Below, piece after piece: positions 9,227 through 17,347 of a stretch of DNA of 64,000 bases; position 1 is the first letter of the stretch; the number at the start of each line of letters is the position of its first letter. The stretch is from Proteobacteria bacterium UBA5680 (lineage in GTDB: Bacteria; Pseudomonadota; Gammaproteobacteria; Arenicellales; UBA5680), in assembly GCA_002420425.1 (NCBI GenBank), contig DIIC01000017.1, positions 12,052 to 76,051 on the forward strand, read 5' to 3'. The notes beneath the pieces were generated by a model. That model worked only from the letters and a program-made list of their open reading frames with translations. It did not search any database and was not told the DNA's origin. Made by a program: the position numbers and the translations under genes.

Positions 9227-9993
9227 GAGTTGTCGGCATGCTCACTCTGGGTGAGAATCTCAACACCTGTTTCGGTGACCAGTACGGTATGTTCCCACTG
9301 GGCGGAGAGCCCATGATCCCGGGTGATTACTGTCCAGCCATCTCCGAGCAGACGAGTATCCGCCTTGCCTGTATTGATCATCGGTTCAATTGTGAAAGTC
9401 ATTCCTGGTTGGAGTTCCAGGCCAGTGCCAGGGTTTCCATAGTGGAGCACCTGTGGGTCTTCATGAAATTCCTTGCCAATGCCATGGCCACAATACTTTC
9501 GAACCACTGAGAAACCGGCATTTTCTGCATGCTGTTGAATTGCAGAGCCGATGTCACCAAGAAAGAGGCCCGGTTTCACCAGTTCGATCGCTTTCTCCAG
9601 GCATTCTTTACTGATTCGAGTGACACGTTCACCGAGGATCGAGGGTTTGCCGGCAAAAAAGGTCCTGCTGGCATCTCCGTGATAGCCATCTTTGATCAGG
9701 GTGACATCAATATTGATGATATCCCCTTGTTTTAGCCGTTTTTCACCAGGTATACCGTGACAGATCACATGATTGACTGAGGTGCAGATGGATTTTGGGA
9801 AACCTCTGTAGTTGAGTGGTGCCGGGATCGAATTGAGTTCTGAGACAATGTAGTCGTGGCATCTCTGGTTGAGCTCTTCGGTGGTTGTCCCGGGAACCAC
9901 GTAGGGTGTAATCATATCGAGCACCTGGGCAGTCAGGCGGCCGACAACACGCATCTTTTTTATCTCATCTGGCTTTTTTATTGAAACCGCCAT
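9223..9993 (-). CDS. map: Methionine aminopeptidase, type I
   Basis: 256-aa ORF with VCHGIP, DIINIDVT, YHGD, GHGIG and EHTV metal-ligand motifs. The stop overlaps the glnD start by 4 nt. Confidence 0.95.
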   Translation of the reverse strand: MAVSIKKPDEIKKMRVVGRLTAQVLDMITPYVVPGTTTEELNQRCHDYIVSELNSIPAPLNYRGFPKSICTSVNHVICHGIPGEKRLKQGDIINIDVTLIKDGYHGDASRTFFAGKPSILGERVTRISKECLEKAIELVKPGLFLGDIGSAIQQHAENAGFSVVRKYCGHGIGKEFHEDPQVLHYGNPGTGLELQPGMTFTIEPMINTGKADTRLLGDGWTVITRDHGLSAQWEHTVLVTETGVEILTQSEHADNS

Positions 9994-10082
9994 TCATCTT
10001 CTCGCTTCTATTAAAAACAATTAAGAATTGATCTTGTTGCGTCGCGATCCTACACCATTACAGGCTTGTGATGGAGTGGGAT

Positions 10083-10111
10083 TTGGATAATTTAAAAGGA
10101 TATGGTATAAA
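10083..10111 (+). promoter_or_regulatory. Candidate sigma70 promoter for rpsB-tsf
   Basis: TTGGAT (10083-10088), 17-nt spacer, TATAAA (10106-10111), with TG at 10103-10104 (extended -10 geometry). About 105 nt upstream of the rpsB ATG, leaving a GC-rich, probably structured leader. By-eye match only. Confidence 0.4.
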
Positions 10112-10217
10112 CCGCGCGGATTTTACTAAAACACACATGGGATCAAGGTGTCTGTCCGGGTGCCCAAGAGGCTGGCAGCCACCCCCATGGAGGTCTAACC
10201 CGAACGGAGAAACTGGC

Positions 10218-11264
10218 ATGAGTAAAGTAACCATGCGCCAGATGTTAGAGGCTGGCGTGCATTTTGGACATCAAACCCGCTACTGGTCCCCTCGCATGGC
10301 TCCCTATATCTTTGGGAGCAGAAACAAGATCCACATCATCAACCTTGAATGCTCACTGCCGATGTTCCGTGAGGCGGTGAATTTTCTTGGAAATCTTGCT
10401 GGAAATGGTGGAAATGTCCTTTTTGTCGGGACCAAGCGTCAGGCGAGTCAGATTATAAAAGAAGAGGCACAACGGTCAGGATCCCCCTATGTGGACCACC
10501 GCTGGCTCGGAGGGATGCTTACCAATTTCAAGACAATTCGCAACTCTGTTAAACGTCTGCAGGACCTGGAGGCCGCTCTTGCCGAAGATGCAGCAGTCCA
10601 ATTGAGCAAAAAAGAGGAGTTGAGACTTGAAAGGGAGCGGGCAAAACTAGATCGAGCACTCTCTGGCATCAGAGAGATGAACTCACTTCCCGATGCGATG
10701 TTTGTTATCGACATCAATTCAGAATCAATCGCTGTAAAAGAGGCCAATAAGCTTGGTATTCCAGTTGTTGCTGTGGTCGATACCAACAGCAAACCTGACG
10801 GCGTTGATTACATTATTCCCGGTAATGATGATGCTATTCGTGCGATCAGACTCTATACCCAAGGTATTGCTGATGCGATTATTGAAGCACGCTCTGCGGC
10901 TCAGGTTCAGGCCTTAAATAAAGATGGTGATGAGTATGTCGAGGTCGATGACTCAGGAAAAGTTGTTGCCTCCAGTGAAGCGAAGCCAGATGAAGAAGAG
11001 AAGCCGGCAAAAAGTGTGACCCGAAAGAAAGCAGTAAAAAAGGTAGTTGCAAAGGCAAAGGATAAAGCTGAAGCAGAACCAGGCGATACCACCAAAAAAG
11101 TGGTTAAAAAGAAAGTGGTTAAAAAAGCAACAACAAAGAAAGCGGTTGCAAAGAAAACGGTTGCAAAGAAAACGGAAACCAAAAACACCAAAGCCAAAGA
11201 GCCCGAAGCAGCGGATGAGAAAACCACTGATTCGGTTGAACCCAAGTCAACTGGAGAGGAATAG
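10218..11264 (+). CDS. rpsB: 30S ribosomal protein S2 with long lysine-rich C-terminal extension
   Basis: [23 protein letters not shown] is the canonical S2 N-terminus, and GGAGA lies 7 nt upstream of ATG 10218. The longer ORF from 10068 is leader sequence. 348 aa; the conserved S2 body ends near [10 protein letters not shown], followed by about 110 aa of Lys/Ala/Val/Thr-rich tail. Confidence 0.95.
   Translation: MSKVTMRQMLEAGVHFGHQTRYWSPRMAPYIFGSRNKIHIINLECSLPMFREAVNFLGNLAGNGGNVLFVGTKRQASQIIKEEAQRSGSPYVDHRWLGGMLTNFKTIRNSVKRLQDLEAALAEDAAVQLSKKEELRLERERAKLDRALSGIREMNSLPDAMFVIDINSESIAVKEANKLGIPVVAVVDTNSKPDGVDYIIPGNDDAIRAIRLYTQGIADAIIEARSAAQVQALNKDGDEYVEVDDSGKVVASSEAKPDEEEKPAKSVTRKKAVKKVVAKAKDKAEAEPGDTTKKVVKKKVVKKATTKKAVAKKTVAKKTETKNTKAKEPEAADEKTTDSVEPKSTGEE
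11097..11175 (+). repeat. Two 15-bp tandem duplications inside the S2 tail
   Basis: AAAGTGGTTAAAAA occurs at 11097-11110 and 11112-11125 (15-bp period, KVVKK x2). CGGTTGCAAAGAAAA occurs at 11143-11157 and 11158-11172, plus a partial third copy (CGG) to 11175. Confidence 0.8.
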
Positions 11265-11267
11265 GAT

Positions 11268-12155
11268 ATGACGATTAGCGCTTCAATGGTTAAGGACCTA
11301 AGGGTCCGGACAGGTGCCGGAATGATGGAGTGCAAGAGAGCGCTCACAGAGGTTGAAGGTGATATTGATGCTGCGATCGAGTTGTTGCGAAAAAAAGGGG
11401 CAGCAAGCGCAGACAAGAAAGCAGGAAGGATTGCAGCAGAAGGGGTTGTTTTTGCCACCTTCAGTGATGACAGAAAGGCGGCCACTCTTGTGGAAGTGAA
11501 TTGTGAAACGGATTTTGTAGCCAAGGATGAGGGTTTTGTCTCCTTTGTCTCTCAGGTGGCTTTATCTGTTCAGCGTGATAATCCAGCCGATACTCAAGCC
11601 CTCTCCTCTTTATCACTCGGAGATAAAGGCCAAACGGTGGAAGAGGCGAGAAAGGCTTTGATTGGAAAGATAGGTGAAAATATCAGTATTAGACGCTTTA
11701 TCTTCTGGCAGGCAGAAGAGGGAAGCCAGTTGAGTGGTTATCTGCACGGTTCTCGAATCGGCGTCCTGGTTGAGCATACCGGTTCAAATCAGAATCTTGG
11801 CAGAGATATTGCAATGCATGTAGCAGCGAGCCAGCCACTTTGTGTATCGACAGACGAGATTCCCCGGGATGTGATTGATAAGGAACGGAAAATCTATAAG
11901 GCTCAAGCGATGGAGAGCGGGAAGCCTGAGGCCATCATGGAAAAGATGGTTGAAGGGCGAGTCAATAAATTCAAGAAAGAGAATACTCTGTTAGGCCAGC
12001 CATTCGTCAAGGATCCTGATTTGAGTGTTGAAAAAGTCCTTTCGGCGGAAGGTGAGAGCATACTTCGATTTATCCGCTATGAAGTGGGTGAAGGGATTGA
12101 AAAACGAGAGGATGACTTTGTCTCAGAGGTGATGGCGCAGGCCAAAGGGGGCTGA
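11268..12155 (+). CDS. tsf: Elongation factor Ts
   Basis: 295-aa ORF with ISASMVKDLRVRTGAGMMECKRAL N-terminal domain and VEVNCETDFVAK. It starts 3 nt after the rpsB stop. Confidence 0.95.
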   Translation: MTISASMVKDLRVRTGAGMMECKRALTEVEGDIDAAIELLRKKGAASADKKAGRIAAEGVVFATFSDDRKAATLVEVNCETDFVAKDEGFVSFVSQVALSVQRDNPADTQALSSLSLGDKGQTVEEARKALIGKIGENISIRRFIFWQAEEGSQLSGYLHGSRIGVLVEHTGSNQNLGRDIAMHVAASQPLCVSTDEIPRDVIDKERKIYKAQAMESGKPEAIMEKMVEGRVNKFKKENTLLGQPFVKDPDLSVEKVLSAEGESILRFIRYEVGEGIEKREDDFVSEVMAQAKGG

Positions 12156-12158
12156 ATT

Positions 12159-12898
12159 ATGTCCTCTAGTGAGAGGTTGCTTGTTTACCCACGAATGTTG
12201 ATCAAACTCAGTGGTGAAGCGCTTGCTGGAGAAACAGGTTTTGGCGTTGATAATGACCTCCTTGATCAGGTCTCTGAGCAGATCAATAGTGTTACCTCAC
12301 TGGGTGTTCAGGTTGGAGTCGTAATCAGAGGCGGTAATTTCTTTCGTGGGGCTTAGGCTGCTGCGAAATCGATGGATCGAATTACCGCCGATTACATCGG
12401 CATGCTGGTTTCTGTGATGAATGCACTCTCGCGGCAACAATCACTCAAACGTTCTGGAACCTCAACCAGGACACAATCATCGATAGCGATACCTTCTGTC
12501 GTCGAGCCCTATGTGCGCGCGCGGGCATTGAAACACCTGGATAAGGGCAAGGTGGTGATTTTTGCTGCCGGGAGTGGAAACCCCTGTTTACGACTGATTC
12601 GGCAGCAGCCCATCGAGCCGTTGAGATCGGAGCAAACCTGATGATCAAGGCGACCAAGGTCGATGGGGTCTATGATAAGGGCCCTGCGATCTATTCGGAT
12701 GCGGTACGTTATGACAATCTGAGTTATGATGAAGTACTCCAGGATCGCCTGGAAGTGATGGATACAACTGCAGTCACACTATGCCGAGATCATAATCTGC
12801 CTGTCCGTGGCTGCAATATGAATGCAACAGGAGCCTTTGTGCGTTTGGCCAGGGGTGAAACTCTAGGTACTCTTTTTGGAGGTGAAGCAATCACATGA
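12159..12898 (+). pseudogene. pyrH: UMP kinase, disrupted (in-frame TAG at 12354-12356 and a 1-nt frameshift at the C-run 12581-12584)
   Basis: Three collinear ORFs together cover full-length PyrH ([56 protein letters not shown]). ORF1 and ORF2 share a frame and are split by TAG. Adding one C at 12581-12584 restores [12 protein letters not shown]. The 3' end overlaps the frr ATG. Confidence 0.75.
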
Positions 12899-13452
12899 CT
12901 CAGGAAATTCAACAAGACGCAGAAAGAAGAATGAAAAAGACCATTGAGTCGGTCTCTTCAGAAATGGTCAAACTTAGGACCGGTCGAGCCAGTCCAGCGT
13001 TGCTTGAACATCTCAGGGTTGATTATTACGGCACGCCGACTCCAATCAGCCAGGTAGCTACGGTAAGTGTTCCTGATGCCAGAACCTTGAGTGTCACTCC
13101 CTGGGATAAATCGATGATGAGTGTCATTGAGAAGGCTATCCTTGAATCTGATCTTGGGCTCAATCCAGCCACAGCTGATGAAACAATGCGAATTCCTCTG
13201 CCGCCCCTTACCGAAGAACGTCGAAAAGAGATGGTGAAACTGGTCAAGAGTGAAGGTGAGCATGGCAAGGTTGCGGTAAGAAATATCCGTCGGGATGCAA
13301 TCCACCAGGTTCGTGAAAAACTCAAACACAAAGAGATCTCTGAAGATGTAGAAAAAGGATTCGAGCAGACAATGCAGAAGCTGACAGATACTTATATCCA
13401 TCAAATTGATGAAATTGTCTCTGATAAAGAAAAAGAGGTGATGGAAGTTTAA
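12895..13452 (+). CDS. frr: Ribosome recycling factor
   Basis: 185-aa ORF; MKKTIESVSSEMVKLRTGRASPALLEHLRVDYYG and TEERRKEMVK are typical RRF. The ATG overlaps the pyrH stop. Confidence 0.95.
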   Translation: MTQEIQQDAERRMKKTIESVSSEMVKLRTGRASPALLEHLRVDYYGTPTPISQVATVSVPDARTLSVTPWDKSMMSVIEKAILESDLGLNPATADETMRIPLPPLTEERRKEMVKLVKSEGEHGKVAVRNIRRDAIHQVREKLKHKEISEDVEKGFEQTMQKLTDTYIHQIDEIVSDKEKEVMEV

Positions 13453-13678
13453 AACTGGGGTTTTGGGATCTTTTGAGAACGCTTGTTCGTTCCATATCAT
13501 CAACTCCAATTTTGGATACACCTATTTTTATTGGTTGTTTTTTTGGAACGATCTGCCTGATTGGGCTAGAGCTGGATTGATATCATGACACTATATGAGT
13601 AATTATTGATTCTAATCATCTCTTCATATCTATGTTTAACAATCGTCATCTTCATCTCCCATCACGCTGCTTAATATC

Positions 13679-14446
13679 GTGTTGCGGGTCAATTCATTGC
13701 CTGACGGGTCGATGGTAGTGGCTTCTTCAACTGGAACTGGGCCGAATCATGTTGCTGTCATCATGGACGGTAATGGCCGCTGGGCAAAACACAGAGGGTT
13801 GAAGAGATCCGAAGGACACAAGAAGGGGGTTGTTGCTGTCAGGGAGCTGATTAAAAATGCGGTTGATGCAGGCATCTCGCAGCTCTCTCTCTTTGCCTTT
13901 AGCAGTGAGAATTGGAGACGTCCTGCTCTCGAGGTACGTCTGTTGATCCAGTTGCTCAACAATACGCTCGAAAATGAAGTTGATGATCTTCATCAAAATG
14001 GGATCCGATTAAAGATTCTTGGGGATCTGGAACGTTTTGATTCCAGGGTGGAAGCGATGGTTCGTAATGCCGAATCTTTGACCGCAGACAACCAGGTCAT
14101 GAACCTCAACATTGCCATAAACTACGGTGGTCGTTGGGATATTGTAAATACCATCCAAAAAATGGTTGCCGGGGGTTGTTCATCTGATGAGATTTCAGAA
14201 GAGGCTATCTCACACTCTCTCTCCACCGGGGGCATACCTGATCCGGACCTTTTTATCCGGACAGGTGGAGAGCATCGGATCAGTAATTTCCTGATTTGGC
14301 AGTTGGCTTATACAGAGCTCTTTTTTACCGATACCCTCTGGCCAGATTTTGGCAAGGGTGATCTAGAGGCTGCACTTCAATGGTATATGGGCAGAGAACG
14401 ACGATTTGGCCGTACCAGCGAACAGGTTGTTAAAGGGGAACACTAA
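13679..14446 (+). CDS. uppS: Ditrans,polycis-undecaprenyl-diphosphate synthase
   Basis: HVAVIMDGNGRWA, FAFSSENWRRP and RTGGEHRISNFLIWQLAYTE motifs. GTG 13679 is the ORF limit; ATG 13712 is an alternative start. Confidence 0.9.
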   Translation: MLRVNSLPDGSMVVASSTGTGPNHVAVIMDGNGRWAKHRGLKRSEGHKKGVVAVRELIKNAVDAGISQLSLFAFSSENWRRPALEVRLLIQLLNNTLENEVDDLHQNGIRLKILGDLERFDSRVEAMVRNAESLTADNQVMNLNIAINYGGRWDIVNTIQKMVAGGCSSDEISEEAISHSLSTGGIPDPDLFIRTGGEHRISNFLIWQLAYTELFFTDTLWPDFGKGDLEAALQWYMGRERRFGRTSEQVVKGEH

Positions 14447-14448
14447 GG

Positions 14449-15285
14449 GTGCTTAGGCAGAGGTTGTTAACCGCATTCATTCTTGCTCCATTGCTCCTGA
14501 TCGGCGTCTTCTTCTTTTCAGAGGCTTGGTTCGCCGCTCTCATTGCTTTTCCATTGTTACTGGCCGCCTGGGAGTGGTCAGGTCTCTATGAGATCAAACA
14601 TCCGGCCCCTCGAATTGCCTTGATTATTCTTGGGGTCGTGGGTGCTCTTGTTCTCTATATCGGCAATTCAGATGATGTGCTGTTGTGGATTCTTGGGCTC
14701 TCCTCTTTGGTCTGGAGCGGCCTTTTTATTGACCTTCTAAACCGTCCCGTATTGGCGAATTTTGGGCAGAGATGGATTGGACTTACCGTTGGTACGATCG
14801 GATTGATAGTAGCGTGGCTCTCCTTCACCGCCCTACGACAAGCTGAAGGGGGTGAGAAACTGGTCTTTATCCTCCTCGCAATTATCTGGGTGGCTGATTC
14901 TGGCGCCTATTTCATTGGAAAACGTTGGGGGAGGCGCCGCCTTGCACCATTGATCAGCCCTGGAAAGAGTATTGAGGGGTTGATAGGTGGCATAGGTTCG
15001 GCTGCGCTGGTTGGGTTTGTAGCCGCCCTCTTGTTGGGTTTTCGGGATGTTATCGAAGTTGTCACATGGACAGTTGTTGCAATATTGGTCTCATCGATCT
15101 CAGTCGTTGGTGATCTTGCACAGAGCCGGATAAAGAGAAGATGCGGAAAAAAAGACAGTGGAACGCTTCTTCCTGGTCATGGGGGTATTCTTGATCGTAT
15201 AGATAGTCTCCTGGCAGCGGCCCCAGTCTATGGGTTGTTAGTGCTCTATGTTCTCCCTCAACTCTTTGCAGGGGTATCAGGATGA
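14449..15285 (+). CDS. cdsA: Phosphatidate cytidylyltransferase
   Basis: 278-aa polytopic membrane ORF with the CDS signature SRIKRRCGKKDSGTLLPGHGGILDRIDS. uppS-cdsA-dxr synteny. Confidence 0.9.
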   Translation: MLRQRLLTAFILAPLLLIGVFFFSEAWFAALIAFPLLLAAWEWSGLYEIKHPAPRIALIILGVVGALVLYIGNSDDVLLWILGLSSLVWSGLFIDLLNRPVLANFGQRWIGLTVGTIGLIVAWLSFTALRQAEGGEKLVFILLAIIWVADSGAYFIGKRWGRRRLAPLISPGKSIEGLIGGIGSAALVGFVAALLLGFRDVIEVVTWTVVAILVSSISVVGDLAQSRIKRRCGKKDSGTLLPGHGGILDRIDSLLAAAPVYGLLVLYVLPQLFAGVSG

Positions 15286-15420
15286 AGAGCCAGTTTTGCC
15301 AGAGAGCCTGCTGCTGGTGGCGAAATCGATGGTCATCGGGAACAAGCAGTAATCCTATCGAAATGATTACCAGAGCGTATTCGAAGTCTTTTTGCTTGCC
15401 CAGGTCCGGAGGAACCACCG

Positions 15421-16080
15421 ATGACTGTTGATAAAGATCTGGTGAAAGTAACCGCGCCCCGGGTTGATGTCTTTTATTCCATGCAGAGCGATTACTGCTA
15501 TTTCCTGCTGGATCGACTGATGAGTCTGGCCGGGCAGGGAGTTGAGGTCTTCATTCGCCCAGTTCTGGGGGGCGTTCTGCGCATCCCTGAACGCTACCGG
15601 GATCGTGACGAGTTGGAATTACACTATTTTGAGTCGGATACTCAGCGAACGGCGGAATATCTGGGCCTGCCCTACGCCTGCCCCGACCCATCGCCCATAG
15701 ATTGGGCGCCGGGCCAGATCTGGCGGGCAAAGCCTGACCAGCCCCGAAACCAACACCTGCACCAGCTTTTCGTTGGCGCTATCCGGGCCGGGCGCGGGCT
15801 TGAATTCCTCGACTGTGTCGGGCGCATGCTGTGGGATGGCTCAACTCCCGGTTGGGACAAGGGTGACCATCTTAAACACGCCATGGCGGCAGCTGGCTTG
15901 GACAGAGACGAAATTCTTGAAGCAAATAGCTGGCAAAGCGTCGAACAGGACCTGCAGGCCAACAATGAGGCGATGCAACAGGTCGGTCACTGGGGAGTAC
16001 CGCTGATGGTTTACAAAACCGAACCCTTCTATGGGCAGGACCGGTTTGATCAACTTCTGTGGCGGATGGGGAGGGACTGA
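15421..16080 (+). CDS. DsbA-like thioredoxin-fold protein, 2-hydroxychromene-2-carboxylate isomerase / kappa-GST-like family
   Basis: 219-aa ORF with a strong GGAGGA SD 6 nt upstream. VDVFYSMQSDYCYF N-terminus (no CxxC) and GVPLMVY...FYGQDRFDQL C-terminus resemble the HCCA-isomerase branch of DsbA-like proteins. Family call is by eye only. Confidence 0.65.
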   Translation: MTVDKDLVKVTAPRVDVFYSMQSDYCYFLLDRLMSLAGQGVEVFIRPVLGGVLRIPERYRDRDELELHYFESDTQRTAEYLGLPYACPDPSPIDWAPGQIWRAKPDQPRNQHLHQLFVGAIRAGRGLEFLDCVGRMLWDGSTPGWDKGDHLKHAMAAAGLDRDEILEANSWQSVEQDLQANNEAMQQVGHWGVPLMVYKTEPFYGQDRFDQLLWRMGRD

Positions 16081-16082
16081 AT

Positions 16083-17300
16083 ATGGCAAAACTCGCCGGG
16101 AGCCCGGACCGATGTGGAGTAGCCATACTCGGATCAACTGGAACCATTGGCAGGAATACCCTTGATGTTATCCGCCATCACCCAGATCGTTATCGCGTGG
16201 TTGCTCTAACGGCATTCAGTCAGGTGGAGATGCTGGTTGCCCAGTGTGTTGAATTCAAACCTGAAATAGCGGTGGTTGTCGATCAGGAGAGTGCTGAGAG
16301 TGTCGAACGACACCTGAAGAGTGCCGGTTCAGAGACCCGGGTTTTGCTGGGGGCTGACCATCTTGAGGAAATTGCTGCTTTAAGCGAGGTCGATACGGTG
16401 ATGGCAGGAATTGTCGGCGCTGCGGGATTGCTGCCCACTCTTGCTGCAGTCCGGTCTGGAAAAAGAGTGCTGGTCGCGAATAAAGAGCCCCTGGTGATGA
16501 TGGGTGAATTGATCACCGAAGAAGCGCGAGCAAACAATGCCATTCTACTGCCCATCGACAGCGAGCATAATGCCATTTTTCAGTGCCTGCCTGAGCATTT
16601 CAAGGTGGGTCAGGATATCGCTCAGGTTGGCGTGAGAAAAATACTGCTTACCGGATCTGGCGGGCCATTCAGAGGCCTTCCCCTTGAAGAGTTTTCAACA
16701 GTTACTCCAGAGCAGGCTTGTCAACATCCGAACTGGGTTATGGGACCGAAAATCTCAGTCGACTCAGCAACAATGATGAACAAAGGGCTTGAAATCATTG
16801 AAGCCTGCTGGCTCTTCTCGACACCACACACAGCTATCGAGGTGGTGGTTCATCCACAGAGCGTGATCCACTCCATGGTGGAATATAGCGATGGTTCCAT
16901 TATTGCTCAGCTTGGGGCCTCAGATATGCGTATTCCAATTGCCTATGGGTTGGCATGGCCAGAACGCCTAGATTCAGGGGCCTCTCGCCTTGACCTTGGG
17001 GCAATCGCTCATCTTGACTTTGAGCCCCCTGATCCAGGCCGCTTTCCCTGTCTAAGGTTGGCAAGAGAGTCAATTGAGTCAGGGGGAACGCTCCCTACCA
17101 TTTTGAATGCAGCAAATGAGATCGTTGTTGATGCCTATTTGAACAAGAGGATCAGATTTGATCAAATACCGCGAATAATAGAGGAGATTCTTGGGATCGT
17201 GGCCTACTCGGATGATGTTACTCTTGAGAAAGTGCTTGAGGCTGATGAGAGGGCAAGAGCGAGTACGCTAGAGCGAATCGAGCAGAAATATTCTGCTTAG
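16083..17300 (+). CDS. dxr: 1-deoxy-D-xylulose 5-phosphate reductoisomerase
   Basis: ILGSTGTIG NADPH motif, LVANKEPLVM, PIDSEHNAIFQC, HPNWVMGPKISVDSATMMNKGLE. ATG 16083 is chosen inside the ORF opening at 16059. Confidence 0.95.
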   Translation: MAKLAGSPDRCGVAILGSTGTIGRNTLDVIRHHPDRYRVVALTAFSQVEMLVAQCVEFKPEIAVVVDQESAESVERHLKSAGSETRVLLGADHLEEIAALSEVDTVMAGIVGAAGLLPTLAAVRSGKRVLVANKEPLVMMGELITEEARANNAILLPIDSEHNAIFQCLPEHFKVGQDIAQVGVRKILLTGSGGPFRGLPLEEFSTVTPEQACQHPNWVMGPKISVDSATMMNKGLEIIEACWLFSTPHTAIEVVVHPQSVIHSMVEYSDGSIIAQLGASDMRIPIAYGLAWPERLDSGASRLDLGAIAHLDFEPPDPGRFPCLRLARESIESGGTLPTILNAANEIVVDAYLNKRIRFDQIPRIIEEILGIVAYSDDVTLEKVLEADERARASTLERIEQKYSA

Positions 17301-17347
17301 GGATCCTCCCTTATTGTCTGACCTGTGATTGTGAGTTAAATCAAAAT

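Noticed and set aside
10068-10217. N-terminal 50-codon extension of the rpsB ORF (start at 10068).
   Set aside because: The canonical S2 N-terminus [10 protein letters not shown] begins at ATG 10218, with a GGAGA SD 7 nt upstream. The extension is Cys/Trp/Pro-rich and lies in what is normally the structured rpsB leader. I suspect an S2 autoregulatory leader here but could not verify its fold by eye.
10907-11524. 205-aa minus-strand ORF and 74-aa plus-strand ORF (11047-11271) over the S2 tail and tsf start.
   Set aside because: These are a by-product of the Lys-codon (AAA/AAG) low-complexity repeat, which is stop-free in several frames. S2 and Tsf account for the region.
15282-15431. 49-codon ORF (MKSQFCQRACCWWRNRW...) starting at the ATGA overlap with the cdsA stop and bridging to the DsbA-like gene.
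   Set aside because: It has no recognisable family and odd composition, and it is fully overlapped by an equally long antisense ORF. It cannot be distinguished from chance without conservation or ribosome-profiling data.
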